DNA of 64,000 nucleotides from Eledone cirrhosa (GCA_964016885.1 OZ024754.1:3844001-3908000), one strand, 5' to 3'. Positions 30,127 through 45,268 are shown, numbered from the stretch's first letter. Notes: a model not told the origin generated them from the letters alone. A program made the numbers and translations.

Positions 30127-31439
30127 AAAACGAACAATAAGTTATGCATCGAAACACAATTTATTAACGTATTACATTTGTTTATACGGCGAACAGCTTA
30201 AGGTACGATCTATTTGTGGATCGAACCGGACTCTGGATTCGCAAGTTCCTCAGATACGTCTAGCGACTTGGAGCATAGAGTGCTCAACCGGCATATATAT
30301 ATTCATTGAGTTCATACTTCATAAGATCGAACTAGATGAATAGTCAGAATAGAGACTGGTGTTGGTTCCATTTACTTCATCTAGAAATATACATAACCAG
30401 AGAAGAGCTAATTCGGATGCAGCCAAGTACTCCTTCACCCAATCTCCGCCTTGTTAAGAAACTGTATCTTTACGATTCTTACATGAAAGTACTTATTTAC
30501 GTCGATGCTTTGAGGGGTGGTATAACATTAGAAAATTGGTGACAGTGGGGGATGGTAGAGTTGTATTCTTTATATTATGTGACACTGCTTCGTGTGGAAT
30601 GAGATTTAAAAAGTTTTACAGGATTTCAGAATTTCACATATATATTTCCCGAGATGGTATAATAAAATCCGAAAAAAAAAAATTACACATTCAATGTAAT
30701 TGCGTGGTTATAATCAAGGCCATTAGAACAGACATAAATGTTCAAAATATGGCGCTGAAATAGAAGATGTCAATATATAAATTGTAAGTGTATATTTTTA
30801 TGGAAATAGTAAAATATTGGTTCCAGTCGACTCGCTTCTGGAGTTCAGGATGTTGCTAATACCATAATTACACTGAGCCTTTCCTGCGTTAATATTATAA
30901 ATTTTGATTAATAATTAATTTTCCACGGGAAGGGATAAAAACAGCCAATTGAAAAAAAATTACAAATAAAGCCTATTGGTCATCCGTTTAGATTTTGTCA
31001 TATCCGGCAGAAAATGAAAGGAATTAGAAATGTTTACCGGAAATCCTTTTGGTATAAATAAGACGCCACAAAAGCAATTCTCTTGATATAGGTTCTTTAT
31101 ATAAGAAGTTTGCTGATAACGCTGAGAAGATTGGAACACAAAATTCCGAACTAATTTCGCCTGATAGAGCAGTAGTACTCATATTTCACGTGGTGCTTCT
31201 ATCATAGATTCGTGTTTATATGATGGTTTTCTATTACAGACGATAGTTGGTCATATTTTAAAACTCATGCTGAAAGCCAATTTTGTAGGAATGTTATGTG
31301 TGTATGTACGGTCCCGTAACCCCCTGAGAGAATCATAGGGGCATCGCATTGATATACGGCGTTTCTATGGCATTTCTTAAACCTAACGGAGCCCATCTCC
31401 TCTCTAGGTTTGTAAACAGGAGATTCCTTCTAGAGAAGG

Positions 31440-31470
<31 letters not shown>

Positions 31471-31480
31471 ATTAAAAAAA

Positions 31481-31654
31481 TGGCTTCTACATGACTAGAG
31501 CTGTTTCATTCGGGAGAAATCATACGGGGCTTCTTAATGATTTCTCCCGAATGAAACAGTTGTCCTGTAGAAGGAATTTCTACATTAAATATTTATACTC
31601 TGCTATGTATTGAGTACCTTATTTACTATGGTTATCCCCGATTGAACCCGGGAT

Positions 31655-31660
<6 letters not shown>
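31481..31660 (+). mobile_element. Family B fold-back copy
   Basis: Inverted arm cttctacatgactagagctgtttcattcgggagaaatcat, then gcttc-TTAATGA-tttctcccgaat-GAAAcag...ctgTAgaagg and the family B tail. Confidence 0.72.
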
Positions 31661-31729
<69 letters not shown>

Positions 31730-32730
31730 GAGAGAGAGAGAGAATGAGATTTTATGTCGACCAATTTTTTACTCACAGGTATTAGTCATCCCGAACCAAT
31801 CGGCGTGAGACGTTTACACAGGACACCACGCATTGAGTCTGATGCCGAAGCCACGAGCCTGCAAAATAAGCAAGAGTTAAAAGAATAAATGGAGTGTGGT
31901 TTTTACGCTTCATATATAATTAATTCAATACATGCATATCTATATTTGAATGCATACGTGTGAGTCATTTTATTTGGTTGCATGCGTTTGGCGGGGTTGG
32001 TGGATGCGTTAGAAAGCATTTTGTATGTAAGCTGGAGTGTGGTCAAAATAGACCAGATGTACATCTTGAAATTTGTAGCATTATAAGTCATCATAGATAT
32101 GGCAGAGCATTAAATGCAATTCTCCTGAACCCTACAACACACTCCACAGTCTACGAACACCCCCCCCCCCCTCTCCTCCGCCAACACTTTCCTTCCTTTT
32201 ACACCAATCGAGTCCAATGAAACCCTATAAAATATAAAAATTGTATAAAATATTGAACGCATGTTTTTATATTCCTATAATCTCTAATGTTGCCTAACAC
32301 GTAACCAAGAGTGTATTAAAGTGTGTGCTGTGTTGGTAGGAAATAAATAATTAAACTGGAAGAGAAAAAACATAAGGACATAAAATATATACGAAAAAAA
32401 AGTAGTTCAACTGATAAATATGTGGCACAGGAATGTATTTTTTAGTCATTATTTTTTTCCATTATTCTAATGTTTTTGATGGTTTTGGCAATTTCATTGA
32501 CCCATGGATTACACTTTCAATTAAAACGAGTAAAGTAGAAAATACCGCTGAGACATTATGCATATTTTATATAAATCTATTTAAGTACATTTAGACTATA
32601 TAGCAAGGACCACTTAATATTTACTGGCAGTGCTATTGAATGCTAAGCAGCTATGCTAGCACCACGTAAAAGGAAACCATATATCAAATATAATCATAAT
32701 AATAAAATGAGGAACGAACACATACATACA

Positions 32731-32766
<36 letters not shown>

Positions 32767-33088
32767 TATATATATTAAAAAAACTAGACTAATATGGTAA
32801 ACCGATTAAATTTACAGGATTTCCTTCGCTGAAGTAATGGAGGATTTCGGGATGAGTTGCTGGTTTCATGGTCATTCATATTTGTAACGAATTTCAAGTG
32901 CTGTGTCCTGCAAAATTATGACTAAATTCTTGACACTTACATAAAATAGCCTTTTATTTCTTTTTCTTTTGAAATTCAATAGGTTAGCTGGAGAAATTAC
33001 ATTTGATAAATATGAGAGTGAAAATTATTATTTATATATAGATCTACATACAAACACACGCACACACACTTATATATATATATATAGG

Positions 33089-33162
<74 letters not shown>

Positions 33163-33577
33163 GATAGATAGATAGATAAAGAGTGGGGGGGAGGGAGAAA
33201 GATTTTCCTGCTATTACTTCACAAATAATTTGTACTTAGTTATAGAGCACATTTGGTTAATTGAATTAAGATTGTTCTTATTATGTTGAAGTGTGTCAAG
33301 TCACGGCATCTTGGTTGGTTCTGCTATTTAACTCATTATATTTCCTCATAAGACATTCTCCAGCTACTTTTACTAACTTGGTAAAAAGGATCCTTCTTAA
33401 TTCTATATGAAATAACATTTTTCGTTCCAATTGTTCTAAGTTTATTCCATCACGGTCGACTATTATTTCCGAAAACTTCTCTGTGTCAACATATTTTGAA
33501 AACCTGATCATCTGGATAGACATCTAGATGTTCACAAATGTCTAGTGTAACATTATATATATATAATGTTACACTAG

Positions 33578-33770
33578 GGGCGGTGGATTGGCAGTATCGT
33601 TAGAGGGTCGGACGCCATGCTTTGCAGCAATGAGTTACGGCCTCTTTACGTTCTGAGTTCAAATCCCGCTGAGGTTAACTTTGCCTTTCATCCTTACGGG
33701 GTCGATAAAATAAAGTACCAGTAATGCACTGGGATAATTGCTGGCCCTGTGCCTAAAGTAAAAACAATTA
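33578..33770 (+). mobile_element. SINE-A full length
   Basis: gggcggtggattggcagtatcg...ctggccctgtgcctaaagtaaaaacaatta. Confidence 0.9.
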
Positions 33771-33793
33771 TATATATATATATATATATATAT

Positions 33794-34000
33794 AACGGAG
33801 GAAATGTGGTAAGGAACCAGGTGGACCATAACGCACCAAAGTACTCAATACTTAGGGTAGTAGAGTGTGTAATAGGAACGAGTAGGACCCCGACGGCTGA
33901 GCTCAAGCCATTTCGACGGGTAATTCTGGACTAAAATCAATTTTAGTCCAGTATTAGCCGTCGAAACGGCTTGAGCTCAGCCGTCGGGGTCCTACTCGTT

Positions 34001-34004
<4 letters not shown>
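33794..34004 (-). mobile_element. Family D fold-back element
   Basis: Near-perfect inverted arms, apex ~33935 (aaaatcaatttt), flanked by (TA)n. Confidence 0.82.
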
Positions 34005-34040
<36 letters not shown>

Positions 34041-34225
34041 CTCCGGTTCTTTTTCATCGGCAGAGATAGAACAAGGTGGACGTCGTCATACGATCAACGA
34101 AACGTACGTACCTGGTATGACGTCGTTGTATTACTGACCTAAATATATATTCTGACTCACCCTACGGACTTGAGTTGCTCTACACTTTGGATGCTTCTAT
34201 CTACTACTACTACTACTACTACTAC

Positions 34226-34257
<32 letters not shown>

Positions 34258-35850
34258 AGTAAAATAACAGGTGGCCAAATTTGTAGAGTTCCCTTATTCT
34301 TTTTATTTGCGGCAAACACTATCCACATTTCAGCGGCCAGATTGTGTAAAAACCCGTTGACCTCATCAGGTGTAAATTGCGTAATATATGTATACCAACG
34401 GAATGGTGGTAAATGTTAAGGAAACAAGCCAAGAAAAGACAGAGATGAAAAAATTTGTGCTTATATTTTTGACCCAGAGATGGTCGAAGTACCATGCTAC
34501 CACCTTGACCACCCACCCATCCGTCTCGTTTCGTTTATTGGACATTCAGCCTTTCGTTTGTTTATATTATTTAGAAATTGGTCACAACTCTGATATTATA
34601 AATGAAAAGCTATTTATCCGTGTGTCTGTCCACAACACATATATATCGAAGGAGTGAAAAGGGGAAGCAGCCTCTTTTGTAAGTTGAGAGGAGAAGGTTA
34701 TAATGTATGCCATGCTTATAGTTTATTACAAGGGGAAAAGGTAATAAGGTAGAGACCTATAGAAGGGGATAGTGGGGAGTAGTCAGAGGGGATGAGTCAC
34801 AGTACATTGGCAACTAGTTACTAAACATTACAGCACAACATATGTATTAGTGCGTGAGTGTGTGTGGATATATCTTTGTATATGCGTGAATGCATTTATT
34901 CTGTATTTATTGATGGTGATTTTCTCATATATTGGGCTATCTTCTTTATGTTCGTAAGAATTTGAGTTCGATTCCTGGTATCATGTTGTGTCATATATCA
35001 TGATAAAACGCTTACCGTAGCTCCAGTACAATCACTTAGAAGAAATTACTTGTATCTTAAATTGTAACTTAAATTTTGTTTACTGAAATGGCTGTTCCAT
35101 ATACTAATTTACATGGAACTTTCTAACATTAACTGCAGAAACATTCAGTATATATGAATAGAGAATACGATGTATTTTATACAAGACAGAGGTGGTATTG
35201 GTGACGAAGTTTCACGTATTGCCGCTTCGTGTTGCCTGAAGGAGAAAATTGCTTATACATCTAACTCAGTGACACCTTTTTCTTGCAGAAAATAAATCTT
35301 ACATTTTTCTTAATAGAAAAGGGAGCTATGCAATCTTAATGTATTTCGCGATTTTACTACATTAATCTCCACCCAATTAGACATAATCATACATGTGTAC
35401 ACTCAAATATAAACACAGACACGCACACGCATAGAGAAATGCAGGGGCACACATACAAATGCTCATACTGACAGACAAAAAAATTTACACAATTGCATAT
35501 GCAGACATATATACTTCCATATATACGATTAAGAATCTAAGCTTAAAAAATATACTCAGAGACAATTACCATAGACGGAAAAATGAACTGACACATTCAT
35601 GTATGCACACCACCCTCTGTCTCTATCACCCTCCCACGTTCTCTATCTCTCTCTCTCAGTTACACACACACATACACATACACACAGACACAAACACAAA
35701 CACACGCGTGCAAGAGCCTCTCAGACCATCACCAGCCAAAAACCACCCCAAACAGATCTCGCCACCCCACACAACAATTCTTTTTACATTTGCTTCTCTC
35801 CTGGATAACTCATCAATTTATTTTTTACGTGGGTGTTTGTGTGTGGCGTG

Positions 35851-35896
<46 letters not shown>

Positions 35897-36026
35897 CATG
35901 TATATATATATATATATATAAGTATTTATATATATGTGCATGTATATATATATATAAATATATATGTATTTATATATGTTTATATATATATATATATACA
36001 TATATATATGCATGTATATCTATATG

Positions 36027-36088
<62 letters not shown>

Positions 36089-36127
36089 GTAGTATCTGAA
36101 TACATATAGATATACGTTTGTATATAT

Positions 36128-36179
<52 letters not shown>

Positions 36180-36535
36180 TGCACGTATATACATATATGT
36201 GTGTGAGCGTGTGTATGAGTGTGCATGTGTGCATACGCGAGTTTGTGTATGTGTGTATGTATGTTTTCTTTTCTTCGCCAGTTTCGTTTTCATTAACTGT
36301 CTCCTGTAATCTTCAGGGACAAAGAATATTCCTTTTGATCTTTCTCTAATATCTTCGAAAAAATAATAAAAATGTAAAAAATATCTAGTAATTTCTTCTT
36401 TGCTTTTATTACCTACATACATATATACACATATACATATAAACATATATACATATATACATGAGTACATATATACATATATACATGAGTACATACATAC
36501 ATGTATCCATGGATACATAGTCATATATGTGTATA

Positions 36536-36882
<347 letters not shown>

Positions 36883-37139
36883 TTAAACAAAATATATACT
36901 GCTTAACTTGTATATGACCAGCAGAGAATATATATGAGTGTGTGTGCATGTTTGCGTGTGAGTTTGGGTGTGTATACGTGAAAGTGTGTGAGTGTGTGTG
37001 AGTGTGTGTGAGTGTGTGTATATGTTATAAGTAGTATTATCTCTAAATATAGCGTTGCTTGATCTATCTCATACAACTGATGACAGGTGCTGTTAAACTT
37101 ACAAAACGTCTAGAAACATTCCCTCCTACGCCAGCTCCC

Positions 37140-38060
37140 CCTCATAAACACCCTAGCTCACCACCACCACCACCGCCACCACCACCATCAGAAAGAGTAG
37201 CACCAACACAGCCATTACAAACATCACTACTACCACCACCACCATCAACAACAACACTAGCACTAGCACCAACCACAGCTCAACACCACTACCACCACCA
37301 CCAGAAAGAATAGCACCAACACAGCCATTACAACCATCACTACCAACACCAACAACACCAACAACAACACCAGCTCAACACCACTACCAACGTATTTCCA
37401 CCAACCTCATTACTATCTTCAACAACACCGACACCGCCCCGGTACTAGATGTTACAAGAAGAGCACTACCTTCAGCGCCACCACCAACATCACCTCCACA
37501 CTAACACCAGCACCACCATCCTCATTGTTATCAACGCCATCACAATATAAAAGCCACCACCAACACCACAACCACCATCACCTCCACACTAACACACCAC
37601 CCCCACCATTATCACTGTAACAGCATCATCACAATACGTGACCCACCACCACCACCACCAACAACAACAACAACGCCTCCACACTAATACCAACGCCACC
37701 CTCATCAGCGATACTAGAGCCATCACAATACAAGAACCACCACCACCACCACCACCACCACCAGCAACAACAACAACAACATCACCTCTACACTAACACC
37801 ACCACCACCACTGCCTTCATCACCGATAATAGAGCCATCACAATACGACGAGACCCACCGCCACCGCCATCACATTCATCGCCGTTACTAGAGCCATCAC
37901 AATACGAGATCCACCACTACCACCACCACCACCACCACTACCACTAACACCACCACCAACATCAACAACAATGACAACAACACCATCACCAATATAACCA
38001 CAACCACCTTTCCCATAGCAAACCTCTACCAACACCACCATCTCCATCGAACCCATCTAC
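37140..38060. repeat. CAC/ACC-rich minisatellite-like region
   Basis: agaaaga(g/a)tagcaccaacacagccattacaa occurs twice. cacctccacactaacac...gccatcacaata units occur about 5 times. Confidence 0.7.
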
Positions 38061-38533
38061 AACTCCCCACCTATCCCACTGTAATACTTCTCCGTACATT
38101 CGCTTTACTTAATTTGCTTTAACTGTGAGCGCGATTGTCTCAAACGTAAAACAAGAAATAAGCACACGTTGTGTGGAATTTAATTTCTTTTTGACAGCAA
38201 CCAATTTCTTTCTCATACACAGAACAATCATAATCTTTTGTCCTTTACAAACGGCGTGATAGGAATGGTAACGAGCAAACAATGAACCGCTAAAATATGA
38301 TTTATTATTTTTTCAGTCTAAATAAAACAAAAGCAATCTACTTGAATGATACCTATATATCTCAAAATATATGTATAGATCTATCTCTGTATCTGTGTAT
38401 TTTTATATCTATCTATTTCGCTCTCTCTCACCACATTTCTATCTTCTCCGTCTCTCTCTATGACTTCTCCCGATACCTTTCTCTCAGTATTTACACTCTG
38501 TATTGCTCTCTCTTTCTTTCCTTTACTCCATTC

Positions 38534-38613
<80 letters not shown>

Positions 38614-39482
38614 CTCTTTTTTTCTCACTGTCATTCTCTCCATCTCTCCCTTGCTTCTATTCTATATATGTAGGCGAATTTCTGCTTTTTTTTTGTATTC
38701 GAGTTTTCAGATTCATTGGGTCACTACTCTGAATTTCCCGTTTGTGTCACGTACTTCATGAACTCTCGGCTTTGAATAAATAGTTACATGAATACACATA
38801 CACACACACACTCTCTATCCCCCTCTCTCTCTCTCTCTCTCAGAGACACACACACACATACACAAACAAACAAAAGACACTCACACCCACATAGATCTCA
38901 TAAATTTCTTAATTTTCCTCCATTACACTTGGACTATATAAGTATACTATACAAACTGAAAAGTAAACATCTATATTTCTAATACAATTTTTATGCCTAT
39001 TTCCCTCATATATAACCACATATATTCTGGGTTGAGAGTTGTCGGAGTCGTTAGAGCCTCGGTTAGAATGCTTTGTGGTATTCATTGCAACTCTCTTCGT
39101 TCCGATTTCAAAACTTGCAGAGCTCAACTGTACCTTTCGTTAAAAGGATACCAGACCAGTATTGGGGCCGATTATTCTTCAACATAAAAATTCTCACTAC
39201 CAATCTCTCACTCTCTCACATTCTCTGGATAGGAAATTGAATCGCGAGGATTAAAAGACCAGAGACACACTGTATGCCATAACAGAGCCACTACCACTCC
39301 ACCTGAGGTTACGGGTTCATACGAACAAAACGCATACTAGATGAACTACAATAGACCAATTAGGGTAGGGCTTAAGGACTAACTCACACAAGTGCTATGT
39401 ACAACACTTTGTTATATGAGCATTCCCTACTGTGTTTACAGGACTTAAATTGCATTCATAATTACACACACACATATACACA

Positions 39483-39524
<42 letters not shown>

Positions 39525-39731
39525 TAAAGGTACGAGTAAAATTTGTTTGTGTAGATAATTATACAAACAAAAGTAAAACAAGTAACATTGCAATACTTCA
39601 CGCCTAGTGTTTGTTTTTCCTATAAATTTTAAAATATTATATATATATATATATATAGTATTAATATATATATATATAGTATTAATATATATATATATAT
39701 ATATATATATAGTAATATATATATAGTAATA

Positions 39732-39768
<37 letters not shown>

Positions 39769-39773
<5 letters not shown>

Positions 39774-39892
39774 ATAATAATAAATTGGAAGACTAAAATC
39801 CAAAGAGGGCTCGATAAGGATAAATATAGATAAAAAATATAAGAACCGTAGAGCACCGATTCTTTGCTTAAACTTTAATCTGTTATTTTAAT
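39769..39892. mobile_element. Family E rearranged copy (tail minus, short arm plus)
   Basis: gaagactaaaatccaaagagggctcgataagg (reverse complement of tail), then gattctttgcttaaactttaatctgttattttaa. Confidence 0.7.
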
Positions 39893-39913
39893 ATATATAT
39901 ATATATATATATA

Positions 39914-40078
39914 TGGAAAGTTATATTTAAATTGTTGTGTTACAACTAGTAAATATTTATAACTGATATCTATCTATCTATCGTCCGAAACGGCATAGCA
40001 TATTGTTAATATGTTATCCCTGAAATATATATAATGAAATAAATATGGTTTTATAAATATAGTTTCCATTTATTTAAT

Positions 40079-40082
<4 letters not shown>
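39914..40082 (+). mobile_element. Family C copy, internally deleted, HHR core decayed
   Basis: ggcatagcatatt...aatatgttatccct-GAAA-tatatata-atgaaataaatatggtttt matches 45472-45560. Confidence 0.7.
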
Positions 40083-40113
<31 letters not shown>

Positions 40114-40263
40114 GGAAAAGGCACTGAATGGTCACAGCTGAAACGCCTTTGATCCGGGTATACAACAACAATACAGGTTTAAATATTTTAGAAATATTGC
40201 TCCTCAAGTGACACCTGTCATCTATATATTAACTTTTATAGATATTCTTAAGTCATCACCTAA

Positions 40264-40460
40264 TAATTGTTTCTAGTTTGGGCACAAGGCCAGCAATTAC
40301 CCCAGTGCATTACTGGTATTACTGGTACTTTATTTTATCGACCCCGTAAGGATGAAAGGCAAAGTTAACCTCGGCGGGATTTGAACTCAGAATGGCAAGG
40401 GCCGTAAATCTATACGTCAAAGCATGACGTCCGACCCTCTACCGATACTGACAATCCACC
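40264..40460 (-). mobile_element. SINE-A full length with TSD-like repeat
   Basis: cacctaataat at 40257-40267 and 40457-40467. Confidence 0.88.
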
Positions 40461-41536
40461 TAATAATGAGGGATTGTTCTTGTATAAAAAGTTAATGTTG
40501 TTGTTTACTGCTTAAATAATGTTTCCTGTCTTCTGCAAGGACAATTTCATGCTTACTTGACTTGGGAGGAACTTCGACAGACCGTTTATGATATTCACTA
40601 TTTTCGTCTTAAGCAGGATTTGATACCGCTTTGGCAGGAATTATATTACTGCAGTAATAAAATATTAATACTTTGTGTAGGATTACAACAGAAAAGGGCA
40701 CATAGCAGGCCATTAAATAGAAACGTTACCGGTTAACAGTGATAACTGCCTTCTTGTTTTGCTCATTGACACTGAATAATCCCTTGCCACCTTCATTTCT
40801 TGGTATGTATGGTTCTTAGATGTCAGACGCATTATCTAATTTGTGATGCTTTTCTTAGAGATATTCTACAGTTACGGTCTATAAAATTGAGGTATTTTAC
40901 GATCTATCCCAATGTTACAGAACCATATGTTAACGATGGCATTGCGAATGTGGCAATAGAACATATGGTATATTTGCTATTTCGACGAGTTTTGAAAAGG
41001 GTTATCACTGCCAAAATATTAATTTCTAATTCTTATTTGCACAACTTCCACTGTTACATGGTTTTAGTTTCATCTCGGCCCCAGTATTTATAGAAATATG
41101 ATAAATAATTATCCTCTATTATCAGTCTACCTCAGAGTTATTTTTACATATTTCTGCAATTTCAGACCAAAGAACAAGTTTTTTTAGTTCCGGGACGATT
41201 TGCAGCATATCCGAAAAAGTTTGAAGTTTTAAATACATGCATATATCCCTACACATGCATATATACATAGTATATACACACAAACATATATAGTAATCAT
41301 AGAGTCTGTTTAGTTCGACATTTACCCGGTTCAAAGGACGAATCAATGTTGATTGGGAGAGCAAATATATATATATATAGGTTTGTTGGTTCCCCACTGG
41401 ATAGAACTGGTCATTCCATATGGTCAACCTCGATGTAATATTAGGGAGAGCACTCAATATTAGCACTCAATATTAGATAATGCAACTCACCCGTCTTCAT
41501 TTGTGTTGTTGGTGGTGCGAGTACGGAGTTAACTAT

Positions 41537-41670
41537 TATAAAATAACAGGAGGCTGGACTTTGTTAAATTTCGAATACCTGATGATGTCACCGGATTCAT
41601 TACTAAACCCGGTCATTGAAATGTTCATAGTATAATAAACCTTTAAGGTCCAGCCTCCTGTTATTTTATA
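41537..41670 (+). mobile_element. Short HHR-containing element bounded by 23-bp inverted repeats, abutting (TA)n
   Basis: tataaaataacaggaggctggac (41537-41559) and gtccagcctcctgttattttata (41648-41670) enclose the HHR. Confidence 0.75.
41575..41633 (+). ncRNA. Minimal type-I hammerhead ribozyme
   Basis: atac-CTGATGA-tgtcaccgg...ccggtcatt-GAAA-tgttca-TA-gtat, then AATAAA at 41634-41639. Stem I atac/gtat. Confidence 0.82.
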
Positions 41671-41848
41671 TATATATATATATATAAATACGTGTGTGTG
41701 TGTGTCAATAGTTGAATTAACTTGATCGATTAACGTAGTGTTACAATAAAAACTACAATTTTAGAGGCAATAAATAGGTATAATGGTTTTCCTGTCGAAT
41801 GCACATACACAAATGGACAAACCAACGCAAACACAAACACTGACACAC

Positions 41849-42006
<158 letters not shown>

Positions 42007-42010
42007 AATG

Positions 42011-42270
42011 AAGGCGCATGGCTTAATGGTTAGAGCATTGGGCTTGCAATAGAAAGGTTGTGAATTCAATTCTCGGACCGGGTGATGTGTTGTTTCCTTG
42101 AGCAAGACACTTTATTTCACGTTGCTCCAGTTTACTCAGCTGTAGGAATGAGTACCGGCCTGCCCGCCCAGCCAGTGGGCTGGCGTTATCTTATGACTAA
42201 AACAGCACGACGTGCTGTGACCATCGGCTCTGATTGGCGCCTGGCAGACTGGTCGGTCAAGGTCAAGGTG
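42011..42270 (+). mobile_element. SINE-B: tRNA-derived SINE with CORE-like segment
   Basis: A box tggcttaatgg, B-box-like gaattcaattc, CORE-like tccttgagcaagacacttt, 3' tail ending in ggtcaa repeats. Confidence 0.75.
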
Positions 42271-43147
42271 TAATATATGTAATATATATTTATATATATG
42301 TATACACACGCATACATATATATATATATATATATATTAAGTAATCTACATTGTTAAAACAGGGAAAAAAGGTTGTGTTCACTTTGACACATTTTTAGTA
42401 ACGCACTGAATGCGTATACACACACACACACAAATATATTATATATATATATTGTCAATACGTGTTGTGTGTGTGTGTGTACACGAATGAGCGTGTATGA
42501 AACTATGAAACTGTCTGTAAGCATGTGTACCTATATGTGTGTGTGTGTCATTCATAGTAAGGCAATTATGCGAATATACGACGCCTTTATTGCTTAAATA
42601 TTCGAATAAAGAATATTTACACATTACCCTCTGTATTGATAATATTCATTTTCTATATTACATATGTTTATACAAGATATTATATATTGTTTACATACAT
42701 ACACTAATTATAATGACATTAATCTCTATTGATTTATTGCTTTGTGTATCGACTGGGAATTTTAAAATCTAAAGAATATATTATGAACTATTCAAAGAAT
42801 GGAAGAATATAAGAACATATAATTATCCGACACTCTTGAGCGCACAGACAAACAAACATATAAATACATACATACGTACACACACACGCATATATATATA
42901 TATGTTTATCTATCTTCGGTTTGCTTTTATCCTTCTATGTTGTTTACTTGTCCCCCTCGCTTTACGCGAATTACTGGTCCCAATAACTTTTTTTAGTTAT
43001 TGCTCGCACCAACCTGAGGTATCTGATTTTTAATGCGATGAAATAGCAATGATGGTTGGAAAATCACTGCCGAAGGACTATTTTTATCATATGTAACCCA
43101 TGTGCAAACCACGCAGTATTCTTCTTTCTTCTCATGTTTTATATATA

Positions 43148-43215
<68 letters not shown>

Positions 43216-43220
<5 letters not shown>

Positions 43221-43441
43221 GGTATATATTGAGTTGGAAACTCAAAATAGTTTCTTACAATTAACTAACTCAAGAAAGAGATTTTTCCGAGCCGTGTACC
43301 ATAATTGAATATAAAAGAGAGATAAACACAGATATATACATATATTGTTTATAGTTAGTATTTTTTTCACCCTAGCCAACCTGGTCCCTTACGATTTGAA
43401 CACATATATGTATATATCTGCGTTTATCTCTCTTTTATATT

Positions 43442-43445
<4 letters not shown>
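43216..43445. mobile_element. Family G short element with ~40-bp inverted repeat, in (TA)n
   Basis: ttgaatataaaagagagataaacacagatatatacatata (~43306-43345) / tatatgtatatatctgcgtttatctctcttttatattcaa (~43405-43444). No HHR core found. Confidence 0.55.
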
Positions 43446-43520
<75 letters not shown>

Positions 43521-43566
43521 AAATAAAATAAATAAGTCAAATGTTTAAAATTTGGCTTCGTTTATT

Positions 43567-43621
43567 ACTGCTATATATATTTCGGTGACAGCCATCTTTG
43601 GCTGTGACCTCTTCAGGCAGT
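43567..43621 (-). ncRNA. Minimal type-I hammerhead ribozyme (canonical core), Penelope pLTR/retrozyme-like
   Basis: Minus strand reads actgc-CTGAAGA-ggtcacagcca(aaga)tggctgtcacc-GAAA-tatata-TA-gcagt-AATAAA. It has a 5-bp stem I, intact core, long stem II with one C.C mismatch, and a short palindromic stem III/loop. Confidence 0.88.
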
Positions 43622-43849
43622 CCGAATTAGTGTGGTAGAGACGAGTACACATGTTGTTGAGGTGTTTAACTTTGTCAATACTCTGATATGCCCAGTTCCT
43701 GGTTGGGTTGTTGTTTCACTGAGGAACTGGAATCATCCAACCAAAATAAATATATTTATATATATATATACACATATATATATATATATTTATATAATCT
43801 ACATAGAAATATATATATATATATGAAGGATTCAGGACTCCGACGCCAA

Positions 43850-43888
<39 letters not shown>

Positions 43889-44059
43889 TAGATATATAGA
43901 ATTGAGGGCTGGCACTTCCAGATATCCCCTTCGTTATCTTCAGAGTTAACATATACCTCTATCTTGTCAATTATTACCATAAGTCAATAACTGTTCTACA
44001 CCCGATATTGATTATACTAATACTTGGAGTCACATTCAAGATAAACGTTAAATTATTCT

Positions 44060-44320
44060 TCAGGTCCTGTCAGTAGCAACCGTCTCCAACATATCCGGCT
44101 AGATCCCCAAGTGAGACTAGCCAAGCTCATAGATATTATCCAACCAACTTGTTCAGGGTCTACCCCTGCTTCTTCTGGCGTTTGTTTTTTGGCCTGTAAA
44201 ATCTGTCAAACGATTCATTCCTGAGACATTCTAAACACAAGTCCGTAATATCGGAGCTGTGATTTCTCAATTCTGAGAAGTAGCTGTTCTACTTGAAGTG
44301 ACTCTCTGATCTCCGAGCTA
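44060..44320 (-). pseudogene. Decayed RTE-clade LINE 3' ORF fragment
   Basis: Minus-strand translation by eye: SEIRESLQVEQLLLRIEKSQLRYYGLVFRM...RSRGRP*TSWLDNI. Confidence 0.75.
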
Positions 44321-44768
44321 CGATAAATTCAATTCGAAATATAAAATAGTAGAAGCATAGATTAAGAAAATTGTCCAATAAGTGCATAGGAAGATTTTTT
44401 GTTTGTTTGTTTGTACTTCCGATTGCATTATTTTCTCTATGACCTTTAGTTTACTTCCCCATATGAGAGTTTGGTCATGGGGTTGGGACATCGGGTGTAT
44501 GATCTGTTGTAATATTGTTTTTTAGTGTATTCAATCTTTTGTTTGTATCCCTCATACTGTATCACACATATATATCTTCACACAGATTTTTCTCCCTTGC
44601 CTCTGGCGGCGGCAATCTTAGATATATTCAACAGTCAACAACACACACTACCACGCATGCACGCACACCCAATTTCTAATATCGGAACATTTTTCCTTCC
44701 ATCTCTATTATATTTTAAGACTATTATTATTGAGAAACATCAAAAGAAAACAAACACATACATAAGCA

Positions 44769-44838
<70 letters not shown>

Positions 44839-45099
44839 TGTATGTGTGTATGTATGTATGCATATATATATATATATATATATATATGTGCGTACGTGTC
44901 GGGCCTTCAGGTCAATAGCGTAGGGTTAAAGTTTATTGAAAAAAAGATTGATAGACACAATTACTTTCTCTTATCTTCGTCAAATATTTTGCTCTACATC
45001 TTCACTTTCTTATTGCTAATATGATACATTTGAATACATTGCTGTTATTATTATTGCTTTTGTTAGCGTCAGCATCATCAACGCGTGCAGTACATTATC

Positions 45100-45211
45100 G
45101 TTCTCGCTAATGAACCCGAAACTACGAGAGTTTGTGCTTCTTTTGTCTTGTGAAACCGGTAAAGTAAATAAATATTCATAAAAGATTCCAGTTGCATTTT
45201 TAAATTATTTT

Positions 45212-45217
<6 letters not shown>
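45100..45217 (+). mobile_element. Family H fragment
   Basis: tgtGAAAccggTAaagtaAATAAAtattcataaaagattccagttgcatttt...ttccttata, homologous to 45775-45853. Confidence 0.65.

Positions 45218-45268
<51 letters not shown>

Noticed and set aside
33296-33523. 75-aa non-repetitive ORF (minus strand)
   Set aside because: Short, with no recognisable motif or exon context. Would need BLASTX to evaluate.
34073-34115. GAAAcgtacgTAcct with palindromic loop
   Set aside because: No intact CUGANGA upstream and only a single copy, so it cannot be called an HHR.
40118-40152. gcaCTGAATGgtcacagctGAAAcgccTTtga
   Set aside because: Core and stems are too degenerate to support.
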